Source: Acidobacteriota bacterium (GTDB lineage: Bacteria > Acidobacteriota > Thermoanaerobaculia > Gp7-AA8). From it: DNA of 64,000 bases. Where the stretch lies: NCBI GenBank assembly GCA_021781455.1, contig JAJXWV010000041.1:75484-139483 (forward strand), in the 5' to 3' direction. The translations under genes and the position numbers were made by a program. The notes beneath the pieces are model-generated. The model was given only the letters and a program-made list of their open reading frames with translations, was not told where the DNA came from and made no database searches. Of the stretch, positions 48,246 through 58,647 are shown in pieces (position 1 is the stretch's first letter; every line of letters begins with the position of its first letter).

Positions 48246-49646
48246 TTGGCAGACCAGCAATTCGATGTCGTCATCATCGGCAGCGGGCCCGGCGGATACG
48301 TCGGCGCCATCCGCGCCGGGCAGCTCGGCCTCAAAGTGGCCGTCGTCGAGAAGGATCCGTTCGTCGGCGGAACGTGCACCCACCGCGGCTGCATCCCCAC
48401 GAAAGCGCTCCTCGAGAACGCGGACATCTGGTCGAAGATCCAGAAGTCGAAGGAGTTCGGCATCACCGTCGGCGACGCCCATCTCGACTTCGCGGCAGGC
48501 CAGGAGCGCAAGCAGAGCGTCGTCGACAAGAGCGCGAAGGGAATCGAGTTCCTGTTCAAGAAGAACAAGGTCGAGCGCCTGACCGGGTTCGGCCGCGTGG
48601 TCTCACCGGGCATCGTCGAGGTCAAGGGCGCCGACGGAGCGGTGCAGCGCCTGCAGACGAAGGACATCATCCTGGCGATGGGCTCGACTCCCCGCGATCT
48701 TCCCCACATCAAGGCCGACGGAAAGCGCATCCTCAATTCCGATCACATCCTCAAGATCGGCGACGTTCCGAAGTCGATGCTGGTCATCGGCGCCGGAGCC
48801 GTGGGATGCGAGTTCGCCTCGATCTTCGCGCGCTTCGGGACGAAGGTCACCATCGTCGAAGTCCTGCCGCAGCTGCTCCCCATCGAAGACGAGGAGATTT
48901 CGAAGGAGTTCACGCGGCTGTTCAAGAAGAAAGGCATCGACGTCTACACAGACGCGAAAGTCGAGTCTGCAGAAGTGCACGACAACGGGGTTCGTTGTGT
49001 GGTCTCCGCCAAAGGCAAGCAGCTGACGTTCGACGTCGAAGTCGTCCTTTCCGCGACCGGACGCCGCGCCGTCACGGAGAATTGCGGCCTTGAAGCCGCC
49101 GGCGTGAAGGTCGAGCGCGGATTCGTGCAGGTCGACGAGCTCATGCGCACCGGCGTGGCCGGCATCTACGCCATCGGCGACATCGTCCCCACTCCGGCCC
49201 TCGCCCACTGCGCCTCGGCCGAAGGGATTCTCGTCGTCGAGCACATCAAGGGCCTCGAGGTCCGGCCGCTCAACTACGACCACATTCCGAATTGCACCTA
49301 CACGGACCCGGAAGTCGCTTCGGTCGGCCTCACTGAGAAGAAGGCCCGCGAGCGCGGGTACGACGTGAAAATCGGCAAGTTCCCCTTCACCGCCAGCTCG
49401 AAGGCCCGCATTCTCGGCGACGCGAACGGCCTGGTGAAGTACGTCTGCGACGCCAAATACGACGAAATCCTCGGCGTCCACATCGTCGGCCCGCATGCCA
49501 CCGAGCTCATCGCTGAGGCGTGTGTCGCGCTCGAGCTGGAAGCGACGAGTGAATCGATCGCCCGGACCGTCCATGCTCATCCGACACTCTCCGAGGCCAT
49601 GATGGAAGCGGCCGAAGATGTGCAGGGACACGCTATTCACATCTAA
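48246..49646 (+). CDS. lpdA: Dihydrolipoyl dehydrogenase
   Basis: GSGPGGY, GGTCTHRGCIPTK, HAHPTLSE. Confidence 0.97.
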   Translation: MADQQFDVVIIGSGPGGYVGAIRAGQLGLKVAVVEKDPFVGGTCTHRGCIPTKALLENADIWSKIQKSKEFGITVGDAHLDFAAGQERKQSVVDKSAKGIEFLFKKNKVERLTGFGRVVSPGIVEVKGADGAVQRLQTKDIILAMGSTPRDLPHIKADGKRILNSDHILKIGDVPKSMLVIGAGAVGCEFASIFARFGTKVTIVEVLPQLLPIEDEEISKEFTRLFKKKGIDVYTDAKVESAEVHDNGVRCVVSAKGKQLTFDVEVVLSATGRRAVTENCGLEAAGVKVERGFVQVDELMRTGVAGIYAIGDIVPTPALAHCASAEGILVVEHIKGLEVRPLNYDHIPNCTYTDPEVASVGLTEKKARERGYDVKIGKFPFTASSKARILGDANGLVKYVCDAKYDEILGVHIVGPHATELIAEACVALELEATSESIARTVHAHPTLSEAMMEAAEDVQGHAIHI

Positions 49647-49767
49647 GAGTGCTGAGTACTGAGTGCTGAGTACTGAGTGGCGAGTACTGAGTGGCGAGTA
49701 CTGAGTGCTGAGTGGCGACGCCGCCGCTCGGCATTGACTCAGTACTCAGCACTCAGTACTCAGCACT
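49647..49767. repeat. Inverted heptamer array element (CTGAGTR ... YACTCAG)
   Basis: Left arm of ~10 units starts immediately after the lpdA TAA; right arm 49737-49767. Confidence 0.93.
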
Positions 49768-49772
49768 TCGCG

Positions 49773-50186
49773 ATGACAGAACAGACGACGAGCCCACACG
49801 TCGACACACGGGGCCTGACGCGCGATCAGCTTCTGCAGATCGAGTACTACCTCCGTCTGACGCGTGCGCTGGAGGAGCGGCTGGTGGCGCTGTTCCGGCA
49901 GTCGAAGGTGATCGGAGGCCTCTATCGCTCCCTCGGGCAGGAGGGCGAGTCCGTGGCCGCCGCCTATGCGCTCGATTACAAGCAGGGCGACGTCGTGCAG
50001 CCGCTGATCCGCAACATGGGCGCGATCCTCGTGGCGGGTGCAAGACCTCTGGACATCGTGCGGCAGTACATGGCCAAGGGCGACTCGCCGACTCGCGGGC
50101 GCGAGCTGAACATCCATTTCGGACATCCGGCGCGGGACGGATTCATCGGCCAGATCTCGATGCTCTTGATCAGTGCCGATCACTGA
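49773..50186 (+). pseudogene. Truncated 2-oxoacid dehydrogenase E1 alpha subunit
   Basis: TRALEERL..LFRQ, SLGQEG, GRELNIHFG, GQISML, then 6 unrelated codons and a stop; no GDG TPP-binding motif. Confidence 0.88.
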
Positions 50187-50251
50187 GAGCTGAGCACGCG
50201 TCGAATGACTCGGTAACGACACTCAGTACTCAGCACTCAGCACTCAGCACT
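50167..50251. repeat. Inverted heptamer array element, degenerate left arm
   Basis: tcagtgc-cgatcac-tgagagc-tgagcac ... (actcagc)n. Confidence 0.85.
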
Positions 50252-50289
50252 TCGATTGCATATGCTTCTTGTCCTGCAGGAGTGAGCAA

Positions 50290-51723
50290 ATGGCCATAGA
50301 TGTCGTAATGCCCCAGATGGGCGAATCGATCGCCGAAGGAACCGTCTCGCGCTGGCTGAAGAAGCCGGGAGACAAAGTCGATCGCGACGAGCCGCTGCTC
50401 GAGATCTCGACCGACAAGGTCGACACCGAGATCCCCTCGCCCGCCGCCGGGACGCTGGCCGAGGTGCTGGTGCAGGAAGGGCAGACGGTGCCGGTGAACT
50501 CGGTCGTGGCGCGGATCGCCGCGGAAGGCGAGGCGACGGCCCCGGCGCCGAAGCCCGCCTCCGCCCCCCAACCCGCCCCACCCGCCCCCGCCGCCGCTCC
50601 GCCCCGCCCGCAACCAGCGCCGCCGCAGCCCAGCCAGGCGATCCGACAGGAAGTGCGTCAGGAGGCGTTCGCGGCCGCGGCGACTCCGAAGCCCGAGATG
50701 CGCACGCCGCCGCCTCCCACGCCGGCGATTGCGGCGACCGAACCCGGCGAAGACGAGAACGTCACCTCACTCGACGAGCGGCGGAGGACCAGGTCGTCGC
50801 CGCTGGTGCGCAAGATTGCCCAGGAGAACAACGTCGACGTCTCCCAGCTGCATGGCACCGGCGTCTCGGGCCGCGTCACGAAGAACGACATCCTCGACTT
50901 CCTGCAGCAGCCGCGTTCCGCCCAACCAGCCGCCGCAGCTCAGCAGTTGGCGCCGCAGCCTCAGCCGATCGCGCCGGCGCAGCGCGTGCCCGAGCGCGTT
51001 CCCGCGCCGCAGTTCGCCCCCGGGGAAAGCGTTCGCATCGAGCCGCTCTCGGTGATGCGCAAGAAGATCGCCCAGCACATGACGCTTTCGAAGCAGACCT
51101 CGGCGCACGTCACCACGGTGTTCGAATACGACTTCACCGCCATCGAGAAGCTCCGCCGGCAGCACAAGCAGAGCTACGCCGAGCGAGGCGTGAAGCTGAC
51201 CTACCTGCCGTTCATCGTCGACGCCGTGATCGCCGGTCTGCGCCAGTTCCCGATCATCAACGCTTCGATGGACGAGAACAGCATCATCTACCACCGCGAG
51301 CTGAACATCGGGATCGCCGTGGCGCTCGACTGGGGACTCATCGTCCCGGTCGTGAAGCACGCCGACGAGAAGAACATCCTCGGCCTGGCCCGCGCTATCA
51401 GCGATCTCGGTGAGCGGGCGCGCACCAAGAAGCTTTCGCCCGATGAGGTGCAGGGCGGCACGTTCACCATCACGAATCCTGGCATTTTCGGCGGGCTGTT
51501 CGGAACTCCGATCATCAATCAGCCGCAGGTGGCCATCCTCGGCGTCGGTGGCGTGAAGAAGCGGCCGGTGGTCGTGGAGACCGACGACGGTGATTCCATC
51601 GCCATCCATTCGATGTGCATCATGTCCCTGACTTTCGACCATCGCCTGATCGACGGCGCCGTGGCTGACCAGTTCATGGCCTACCTCCGCGACATCCTCG
51701 AAGGCGGCCAGTTCTCGATGTGA
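50290..51723 (+). CDS. 2-oxoacid dehydrogenase E2 (dihydrolipoamide acyltransferase)
   Basis: Lipoyl domain EISTDKVDTE, E3-binding SPLVRKIA..GRVTKND, catalytic FDHRLIDG. Confidence 0.96.
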   Translation: MAIDVVMPQMGESIAEGTVSRWLKKPGDKVDRDEPLLEISTDKVDTEIPSPAAGTLAEVLVQEGQTVPVNSVVARIAAEGEATAPAPKPASAPQPAPPAPAAAPPRPQPAPPQPSQAIRQEVRQEAFAAAATPKPEMRTPPPPTPAIAATEPGEDENVTSLDERRRTRSSPLVRKIAQENNVDVSQLHGTGVSGRVTKNDILDFLQQPRSAQPAAAAQQLAPQPQPIAPAQRVPERVPAPQFAPGESVRIEPLSVMRKKIAQHMTLSKQTSAHVTTVFEYDFTAIEKLRRQHKQSYAERGVKLTYLPFIVDAVIAGLRQFPIINASMDENSIIYHRELNIGIAVALDWGLIVPVVKHADEKNILGLARAISDLGERARTKKLSPDEVQGGTFTITNPGIFGGLFGTPIINQPQVAILGVGGVKKRPVVVETDDGDSIAIHSMCIMSLTFDHRLIDGAVADQFMAYLRDILEGGQFSM

Positions 51724-51786
51724 CCAAGTGTCATTCTGACTTCTGACGGGAATGCTCGCCTCTCCTCTCTCCTTAACCCCTTTGCC

Positions 51787-52944
51787 ATGCGCGTTTGCGA
51801 GCTCCACAAGCTTCACCTCGTCACTTACGAGAATGGGATGAAGCTGCAGCAGAAGCTCGTCGAGCTGCGTCAGACCGAGCAGATCCCCGATCAGCTGCTG
51901 CTCCTCGAGCATCCGCCGGTGATCACGCTCGGCCGTGGCGGCAACGCTGCGAACCTGCTCGCGAGCGGCGAGCGGCTGCGAGCCGAACGCGTCCGCTTTT
52001 TCGAGACCACGCGCGGTGGCGACATCACCTACCACGGCCCCGGCCAGGTCGTCGGATATCCGATCATCCACCTCGGCGAAGGCAATCGCGACGTTCGCAA
52101 GTACGTCACCAAGCTCGAGGAAGTGCTGATCCGAACCGTGGCGCACTACGGCATCACCGCCGCACGCGTGGAGGGGAAGCGCGGCATCTGGGTCGGCAAC
52201 GACAAGATCGCCGCGATCGGCGTGCGCATCGCACGATGGGTGACCTCGCACGGTTTCGCCCTCAACGTCGGCACCAATCTCGATCACTTCCGTCTGATCA
52301 CGCCGTGCGGCCTGCACGGCACCGGCGTCACTTCGATCGAGCGCGAGATCGGACGGACCATTCCAATCGAGGAAGTCCGGGATCTCCTGGCTGCAAAGTT
52401 CGCCGAGGTCTTCGAGCGGGAGATGGTCCCGCGGCCGGAGAACATCCGGCTGATCAAGATCGTGCTGCACGACGCCGGCAATCGCGTGCTGCTACTGCAT
52501 CGCAAGCCGGAACGGGGCAATTTCTGGCAACCCATCACCGGGGCAATCGAGAAGGATGAGGCGCCGCTCGAGGCCGCCCGCCGCGAGCTTCTCGAAGAGA
52601 CGGGCACGGCCGGCGAGCCGCGGCCGATGGGCATCACCCAGTCGTTTCTGATCGAGTCGACGTTCCTCTCCTCGCGGCTCGGTGCTCTCGTCATCGCCAG
52701 CGAGGTCGGCTTCGAGATGCCCGTCGACTCTTCGATTCCGATCCGCATCGATCCCGAGGAGCATGACGGCCACGGCTGGTTCACCTTCGGCGAGGCCTAC
52801 GAGAAGATCCGCTGGACCGACGACCGTGAAGCGCTCGAGGAGCTGGAAACGCGGTTGTGCGGCCCCGCGATGGCACAGTTCCGCGATGACGACGAAGAAG
52901 AAACCGCGCAACCGCGGAGCCGCGGAACCGCGCAACCAGTATGA
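51787..52944 (+). CDS. lipB: Octanoyltransferase LipB fused to a NUDIX hydrolase
   Basis: LEHPPVITLG, RGGDITYHGPGQ, KIAAIG, HGFALN, ITPCG; NUDIX box GAIEKDEAPLEAARRELLEETG. Confidence 0.93.
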   Translation: MRVCELHKLHLVTYENGMKLQQKLVELRQTEQIPDQLLLLEHPPVITLGRGGNAANLLASGERLRAERVRFFETTRGGDITYHGPGQVVGYPIIHLGEGNRDVRKYVTKLEEVLIRTVAHYGITAARVEGKRGIWVGNDKIAAIGVRIARWVTSHGFALNVGTNLDHFRLITPCGLHGTGVTSIEREIGRTIPIEEVRDLLAAKFAEVFEREMVPRPENIRLIKIVLHDAGNRVLLLHRKPERGNFWQPITGAIEKDEAPLEAARRELLEETGTAGEPRPMGITQSFLIESTFLSSRLGALVIASEVGFEMPVDSSIPIRIDPEEHDGHGWFTFGEAYEKIRWTDDREALEELETRLCGPAMAQFRDDDEEETAQPRSRGTAQPV

Positions 52945-53819
52945 GCACCGATCCCAAACCACTGAACCGCCGCGCCGGCATCCGCCCGGAGTGGCTGAAG
53001 ATCCGCGTTCCCGGCGATCTCGATCAGCTTCCGGTGTCGAAGCTGATGAGCGACCTGGCCCTCAACACCGTCTGCCAGGAAGCGCGTTGCCCTAACATCT
53101 TCGACTGCTGGAATGCCGGCACCGCCACCTTCATGGTCCTCGGCGAGATCTGCACGCGGCGCTGCACCTTCTGCGCGGTCGGCAAGGGCAAGCCGCTGAG
53201 GTCGGACCAGGATGAGCCGCGGCGGGTGGCCGAGGCCGTCGGCCGGATGGGAATCCGGCACGCGGTCATCACGATGGTCAATCGCGACGACATGCCGGAT
53301 GGCGGCGCCGGGCACGTCGCCAGAACGGTCCTGGCCGTCCGCGACGGCAGCGGTGCGACCGTCGAAGTTCTCGTTTCCGACCTGGAAGGCAATCGCGACG
53401 CCTTACGCGTCGTGCTCGCCTCCCGCCCGGAAGTGTTCGCGCACAACATCGAAACGGTTCCCCGGCTCTATCCCGCCGTAAGGCCGGTCGCGAAGTACGA
53501 GCGCTCGCTCGAAGTCCTGCGCTGGGCAGGCCAGGAACGCTATGAAGGCATGCTCACGAAGTCGAGCCTGATGCTCGGCCTCGGCGAAACCGAGCAGGAG
53601 ATCCTCGCCGTTGCCGCCGACCTGCGCAGCGCCGGCGTCGACGTCTTCACCATGGGCCAGTACCTCGCGCCCACCGGCAACCACCATCCGGTGCGCCGCT
53701 ACTGGTCCCCCCATGAGTTTGCCGAGCTGGGCAGGCGCGCACGCGAGCTCGGCTTCCATCACGTCGAATCCGCTCCGCTGGTGCGCAGTTCCTATATGGC
53801 GCACCGTGCGCTCGCTTGA
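52941..53819 (+). CDS. lipA: Lipoyl synthase
   Basis: CQEARCPNIFDC, CTRRCTFC, PLVRSSY. Confidence 0.97.
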   Translation: MSTDPKPLNRRAGIRPEWLKIRVPGDLDQLPVSKLMSDLALNTVCQEARCPNIFDCWNAGTATFMVLGEICTRRCTFCAVGKGKPLRSDQDEPRRVAEAVGRMGIRHAVITMVNRDDMPDGGAGHVARTVLAVRDGSGATVEVLVSDLEGNRDALRVVLASRPEVFAHNIETVPRLYPAVRPVAKYERSLEVLRWAGQERYEGMLTKSSLMLGLGETEQEILAVAADLRSAGVDVFTMGQYLAPTGNHHPVRRYWSPHEFAELGRRARELGFHHVESAPLVRSSYMAHRALA

Positions 53820-53894
53820 GTCGGTTCCGCCCTGATCCCTCGCCGCTCACGCGGCTCGGGATAAATCCGAAAAGTGCCGTAAAATCGCCCGCCA

Positions 53895-54173
53895 ATGCCG
53901 CGCGTCACATTCGTGGATGAGCAGAAAGCGGCAGAGTTTCCCGCCGGAAAGACCATCCTGTCCTGCGCCGGAGAAATGGGCGTACAAGTCAGTCACGTCT
54001 GCGGCGGAGACGGCGCGTGCGGGACTTGCAGGATCGAAGTCGTTGTGGGTTGGGACAACCTCACGCCGCCGACGCCCGATGAGACATACAAAGAGCTCGA
54101 GCCACCTCACCGCCTCTCCTGCCAGTCGAAACTGGTCGGGGACGTGGTGGTCAAGGTGGCCAAGATTGATTGA
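53895..54173 (+). CDS. 2Fe-2S ferredoxin
   Basis: CGGDGACGTC ... RLSCQ. Confidence 0.92.
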   Translation: MPRVTFVDEQKAAEFPAGKTILSCAGEMGVQVSHVCGGDGACGTCRIEVVVGWDNLTPPTPDETYKELEPPHRLSCQSKLVGDVVVKVAKID

Positions 54174-54240
54174 GACCAGAGACCGCAGACCACAGACCGC
54201 AGGATCCACTGCGGTCCGTGGTCTGTGGTCTGCGGTCCAC
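54172..54240. repeat. Inverted heptamer array element (AGACCRC ... GYGGTCT)
   Basis: agaccgcagaccacagaccgcag ... ctgcggtccgtggtctgtggtctgcggtc. Confidence 0.88.
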
Positions 54241-54254
54241 AAAGGAGTGAACGA

Positions 54255-54764
54255 ATGACCGCAGTGGCATCGACCCCGACCGCCTTACTCGACACGCAGC
54301 AGCTCAGCCTTCTGATGCAGTACACGATCGAGGCCTACAAGATCTTCCAGAAATTCGCCGAAAACCTGCCCAACCCGATGAGCGCGGCGATGTTCAAGGA
54401 CTTCGCCGTGGACGAGCGCCTCGACCGCGACCTGCTCGAAGCGAAGATCAGCTCCGTCGGCAGCCGCGTGCGCACCGCACTCGGCGCCGATCTGCAGTTC
54501 CAGGAAGTGCTGGAAGGCGACCTCTCCTATCGGGAGTCGGCCGAGTTTCTGATCGCCCGCGAAAGGACCATGCAGCGCCGTCTCGAGGAGCTCAGCCGCA
54601 ACGCGGCGGATGCGGACCACAACCTGCTGATCTTCTTCATCGCCGTGAAGCGCTCGCACATCGTCGAGCTCGAGCGTGAGCTGGCGCTGATCCGCAACGA
54701 CCCCGAGTGGTGGCGGCGCGAAGACGCCGAAACGCGCATCGTCCACGGCTCCGCCGGCCGATGA
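54255..54764 (+). CDS. Ferritin/rubrerythrin-like helical protein
   Basis: AGGAG RBS; helical bundle with MFKDFAVDE pattern. Confidence 0.6.
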   Translation: MTAVASTPTALLDTQQLSLLMQYTIEAYKIFQKFAENLPNPMSAAMFKDFAVDERLDRDLLEAKISSVGSRVRTALGADLQFQEVLEGDLSYRESAEFLIARERTMQRRLEELSRNAADADHNLLIFFIAVKRSHIVELERELALIRNDPEWWRREDAETRIVHGSAGR

Positions 54765-55048
54765 ACCTCTCCCTCTCCCCCGCGGCAGCCGCGCACCTTC
54801 CCGGCGATCTGGAAGGGCGGCTGCTGCGCATCGCCTTCACCACCGGCTGCGGCGGCAGCGGCTATCGCCTTGGCTACGCCGACGAGCCGGTCGAAGGCGA
54901 CGAGATCGTGAGTGTGGACGGCATTCGAGTGGCACTCGACAGCATGGCCGTCTCGAAGCTCGACGGCGCGGTCATCGACTACGACGCGGAAGAGGACGGC
55001 TATCTTCTGGAGCATCCCGATGCCGTGAGCGTCATCTGGTGCGGCTGA
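54761..55048 (+). CDS. HesB/IscA-like Fe-S assembly protein
   Basis: LRIAFTTGCGGSGY, LDGAVIDY; ATGA overlap. Confidence 0.8.
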   Translation: MNLSLSPAAAAHLPGDLEGRLLRIAFTTGCGGSGYRLGYADEPVEGDEIVSVDGIRVALDSMAVSKLDGAVIDYDAEEDGYLLEHPDAVSVIWCG

Positions 55049-55059
55049 TCGCTTCTTCA

Positions 55060-55125
55060 ACCACAGAGGACACAGAGAGCACAGAGTGAAGAAGCGTCTC
55101 TGTACTCTCTGTGTCCTCTGTGGTG
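55060..55125. repeat. Inverted 9-mer array element (CACAGAGRR ... CTCTGTG)
   Basis: accacagaggacacagagagcacagag ... ctctgtactctctgtgtcctctgtggt; single arms also at 13237-13266 and 47330-47376. Confidence 0.88.
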
Positions 55126-55177
55126 AAAAGAAAACGGCGGCCTTCGCCGCCGTTCAAACAAAGACACTCTTTGCGAC

Positions 55178-56183
<1,006 letters not shown>

Positions 56184-56203
<20 letters not shown>

Positions 56204-56405
56204 CGGGTCCAAAATCGTCTTCGAGGTCATCTGTGTCTCCGTAGAAATATCCTCGAGCGCATTCGCTCGAGCAGAATCGGCGGCCGGTGCCGCGGAAAGC
56301 GCAATCGGGACAGAAGTGCTTCTGACAAATCACGCAACGTTCGAGGCGTGCCGTTTCTTCGGTCGCGCCGCACGTGACGCAGACCCGTTCCTGTTCCGCC
56401 GTCAT
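56184..56405 (-). CDS. 73-aa Cys-rich zinc-finger protein with acidic tail
   Basis: [22 protein letters not shown]; overlaps the hemB start. Confidence 0.75.
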
Positions 56406-56444
56406 ACCGAAATATCCCGTGTACTGCCGTGTTTGAGTATAGCC

Positions 56445-56473
56445 TTGACGGTCCGCCGGGCTGTCCCTAGAAT
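56445..56473 (+). promoter_or_regulatory. sigma70 promoter of tRNA-Met
   Basis: TTGACG-N17-TAGAAT. Confidence 0.8.
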
Positions 56474-56495
56474 CCCGGCGCTCACTTCCTCCCCT

Positions 56496-56572
56496 GGCGG
56501 TGTAGCTCAGCTGGTTAGAGCGGGCGTCTCATAAGCGCTAGGTCACTGGTTCGATTCCAGTCACCGCCACCA
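56496..56572 (+). tRNA. tRNA with CAT anticodon (probably elongator Met)
   Basis: GGCGGTG/CACCGCC acceptor, loop CTCATAA, GTTCGAT, CCA. Confidence 0.95.
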
Positions 56573-56625
56573 AATTCGCTTTCCCCACTTCTGTCGCGAC
56601 TGCACCTGTGGTCCGACGGCCACGA

Positions 56626-56710
56626 GGTTGCGCGGTTGCGCGGTGGACGGCGACGATCGTCGGGTCTGACACCGCGCAACCCCGCAACCGCGGAACCGCG
56701 CAACCGGTTG
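56626..56710. repeat. Inverted 8-mer array element (GGTTGCGC ... GCAACCGC)
   Basis: Same family as 20434-20510. Confidence 0.85.
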
Positions 56711-56719
56711 GGCGGGCGG

Positions 56720-57202
56720 TTACTGGGCGGGGTACGTGATGAACGCGCCGTTCGAGTAGACGATGTCGCAATCGAAGCTGTTGATCGGACCCTGCGTGTA
56801 GCTCGTTTGAAAGACGCCGTCCGCACCTGCTGATTGAATCGCATAGCTCTGCGCCGGCCCGGCGCCGATGCCCTCGTCCAGATTGAATTTCAGCGCGCGT
56901 GTCCATCCATCGACGTGAGGAACCGACCGCATGTAGGTCGGTGTGAGCAGAAGGTCCACGCTGGACGATGGAATCTCGATGGCCGGCAATGTGAACCCGG
57001 CTGCGTTGTAGCCGCGCATATCGGAGTTGCGCGCTTCCCATGCCATGGCAATGCCCCGCATGTCCGCCATGGTCCGTCTCTGCCGGGCGCGCTGAATCCC
57101 GTTGAAGTAGTTGATCATGGCGATGGCCGCCAGGATGGCAATGATCGCGACGACGATCAACAACTCCACCAGCGTGAAGCCGCGCGCATGCTTCGATTTC
57201 AT
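56720..57202 (-). CDS. Type IV pilin / GspG-like pseudopilin
   Basis: RGFTLVELLIVVAIIAILAAIA, DGW, IQSAGADG. Confidence 0.9.
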   Translation of the reverse strand: MKSKHARGFTLVELLIVVAIIAILAAIAMINYFNGIQRARQRRTMADMRGIAMAWEARNSDMRGYNAAGFTLPAIEIPSSSVDLLLTPTYMRSVPHVDGWTRALKFNLDEGIGAGPAQSYAIQSAGADGVFQTSYTQGPINSFDCDIVYSNGAFITYPAQ

Positions 57203-57242
57203 CTCTCCTCCGATTCTCTGCGGATGAGACTAATCTTAGGCG

Positions 57243-58583
57243 ATGCTGGTCGAAGTGGTCCGACACTTTTTCGAGGTCCATCGGATCGAGCCCTGTGGAG
57301 TCGTGGCCGCCGTCTCCGGCGGGGCCGATTCCACCGCGCTCCTTCTTACGCTCACACGGTTGCGTGACGATGGATTTCGAATCACGTGCGCTCACGTCAA
57401 CCATCACTTACGCGACGTAGATGCCGATAACGACGAGGCTTACGTCCGCGCCCTCTGTACCAGGCTCAAGATCTCTTTTTCCGTTTCTGACGGGACTCTC
57501 GACCCGGCGGACGTCCGCCGCCACGGCATCGAGGCCGCTGCACGCATGGTCCGGGAGCGCTGTCTCGAGGCGGTCCGGCGCTCCGACGGCGCTCGGTTCA
57601 TCGCCACGGCCCACCAGAAAAACGACCAGGCCGAGACGATCGTCATGCGCCTCTTCACCGGCAGCGGCATCGCCGGCCTCCGCGGTATCCATCCCCTCCG
57701 CGACGACGGCTTCATCCGTCCCCTTCTCGAAGTCTCGCGCAGTGAGATCGAATCCTTTCTGCGCGAGCGAGGGATCGAGCCGCGCGTCGATCGGATGAAC
57801 TCGGATCCTCGTTTCCTTCGCGTACGCGTCCGCCAGGCGCTGCGCGAGTTCGATCCTTCGGTCATCGACAGCCTGGCGTCGGTCGCGGAACAGGCTCGCG
57901 AACAGTGGCCGCTGTTCGAGCGAGCGATTGACGCCGCCGACCGCGACTGTACCGAGGTCGGCGCCCACGGGACGCGGTTTCACCGCTGGCCTGAAAACGC
58001 CTGGCTGCGTCAGGCGTTGCTCCATCGCCACATCCGTCGCCTCGATCCGCACTCGCGCGACGTCTCCGCTGCCGACCTCCGCCGAATTGCCTCCGAGCTC
58101 GAGTCGCTCACCCGGCTTCACGTCACCAAAACGCTGGAGCTTCTCCGCGAGGGGGAAACGATCGTCCTCCAGCGGATCCCGCCACACCAGGAGGTCGAGG
58201 CCTACGAGCTCGCCCTGAAGCTCGACGGCGAGGTCTTCATTCCGGCGGTTCATTCCGTCATTCGGCTCGAACGGACGCCTCACGCACCGCCGGCTGACAG
58301 CGACCGAACGCGCCAGCTCATCCAGTTGCGCCGCGGTACCGCGCCAGACTTCGTCGTTCGGAACCGCCGTCCCGGCGACCGTTTCCGCCCCCTCGGCTTT
58401 CCAGTCGAGAAGAAGCTCAAGGATTTCTTCATCGATCGCAAAATCCCCGCCGCGGAGCGCGATCTCATCCCGCTGGTCGCCTGCGGCGGAGCGATCGCCT
58501 GGATCGCCGGCGTTGAGGTTTCGGAGTGCTTCAAAGTCGACGGCGGTGGGGATCTGTACCTTCTGACTCTGCAGCGGACCTGA
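57243..58583 (+). CDS. tilS: tRNA(Ile)-lysidine synthetase
   Basis: AVSGGADS, HVNHHLR, TAHQKNDQAET, IRPLL, KKLKDFFID. Confidence 0.95.
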   Translation: MLVEVVRHFFEVHRIEPCGVVAAVSGGADSTALLLTLTRLRDDGFRITCAHVNHHLRDVDADNDEAYVRALCTRLKISFSVSDGTLDPADVRRHGIEAAARMVRERCLEAVRRSDGARFIATAHQKNDQAETIVMRLFTGSGIAGLRGIHPLRDDGFIRPLLEVSRSEIESFLRERGIEPRVDRMNSDPRFLRVRVRQALREFDPSVIDSLASVAEQAREQWPLFERAIDAADRDCTEVGAHGTRFHRWPENAWLRQALLHRHIRRLDPHSRDVSAADLRRIASELESLTRLHVTKTLELLREGETIVLQRIPPHQEVEAYELALKLDGEVFIPAVHSVIRLERTPHAPPADSDRTRQLIQLRRGTAPDFVVRNRRPGDRFRPLGFPVEKKLKDFFIDRKIPAAERDLIPLVACGGAIAWIAGVEVSECFKVDGGGDLYLLTLQRT

Positions 58584-58647
58584 CCGGCTCGATGTTCGCG
58601 CGCAAGGGCCGACCATGTAGAATCGCTGCCGGTCCAGAGACCTAGGC

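Noticed and set aside
49647..49767. Heptamer arrays as CRISPR
   Set aside because: Contiguous 7-bp units without unique spacers; no cas genes.
50530..50740. C-rich low-complexity tract
   Set aside because: Ordinary Pro/Ala linker of E2.
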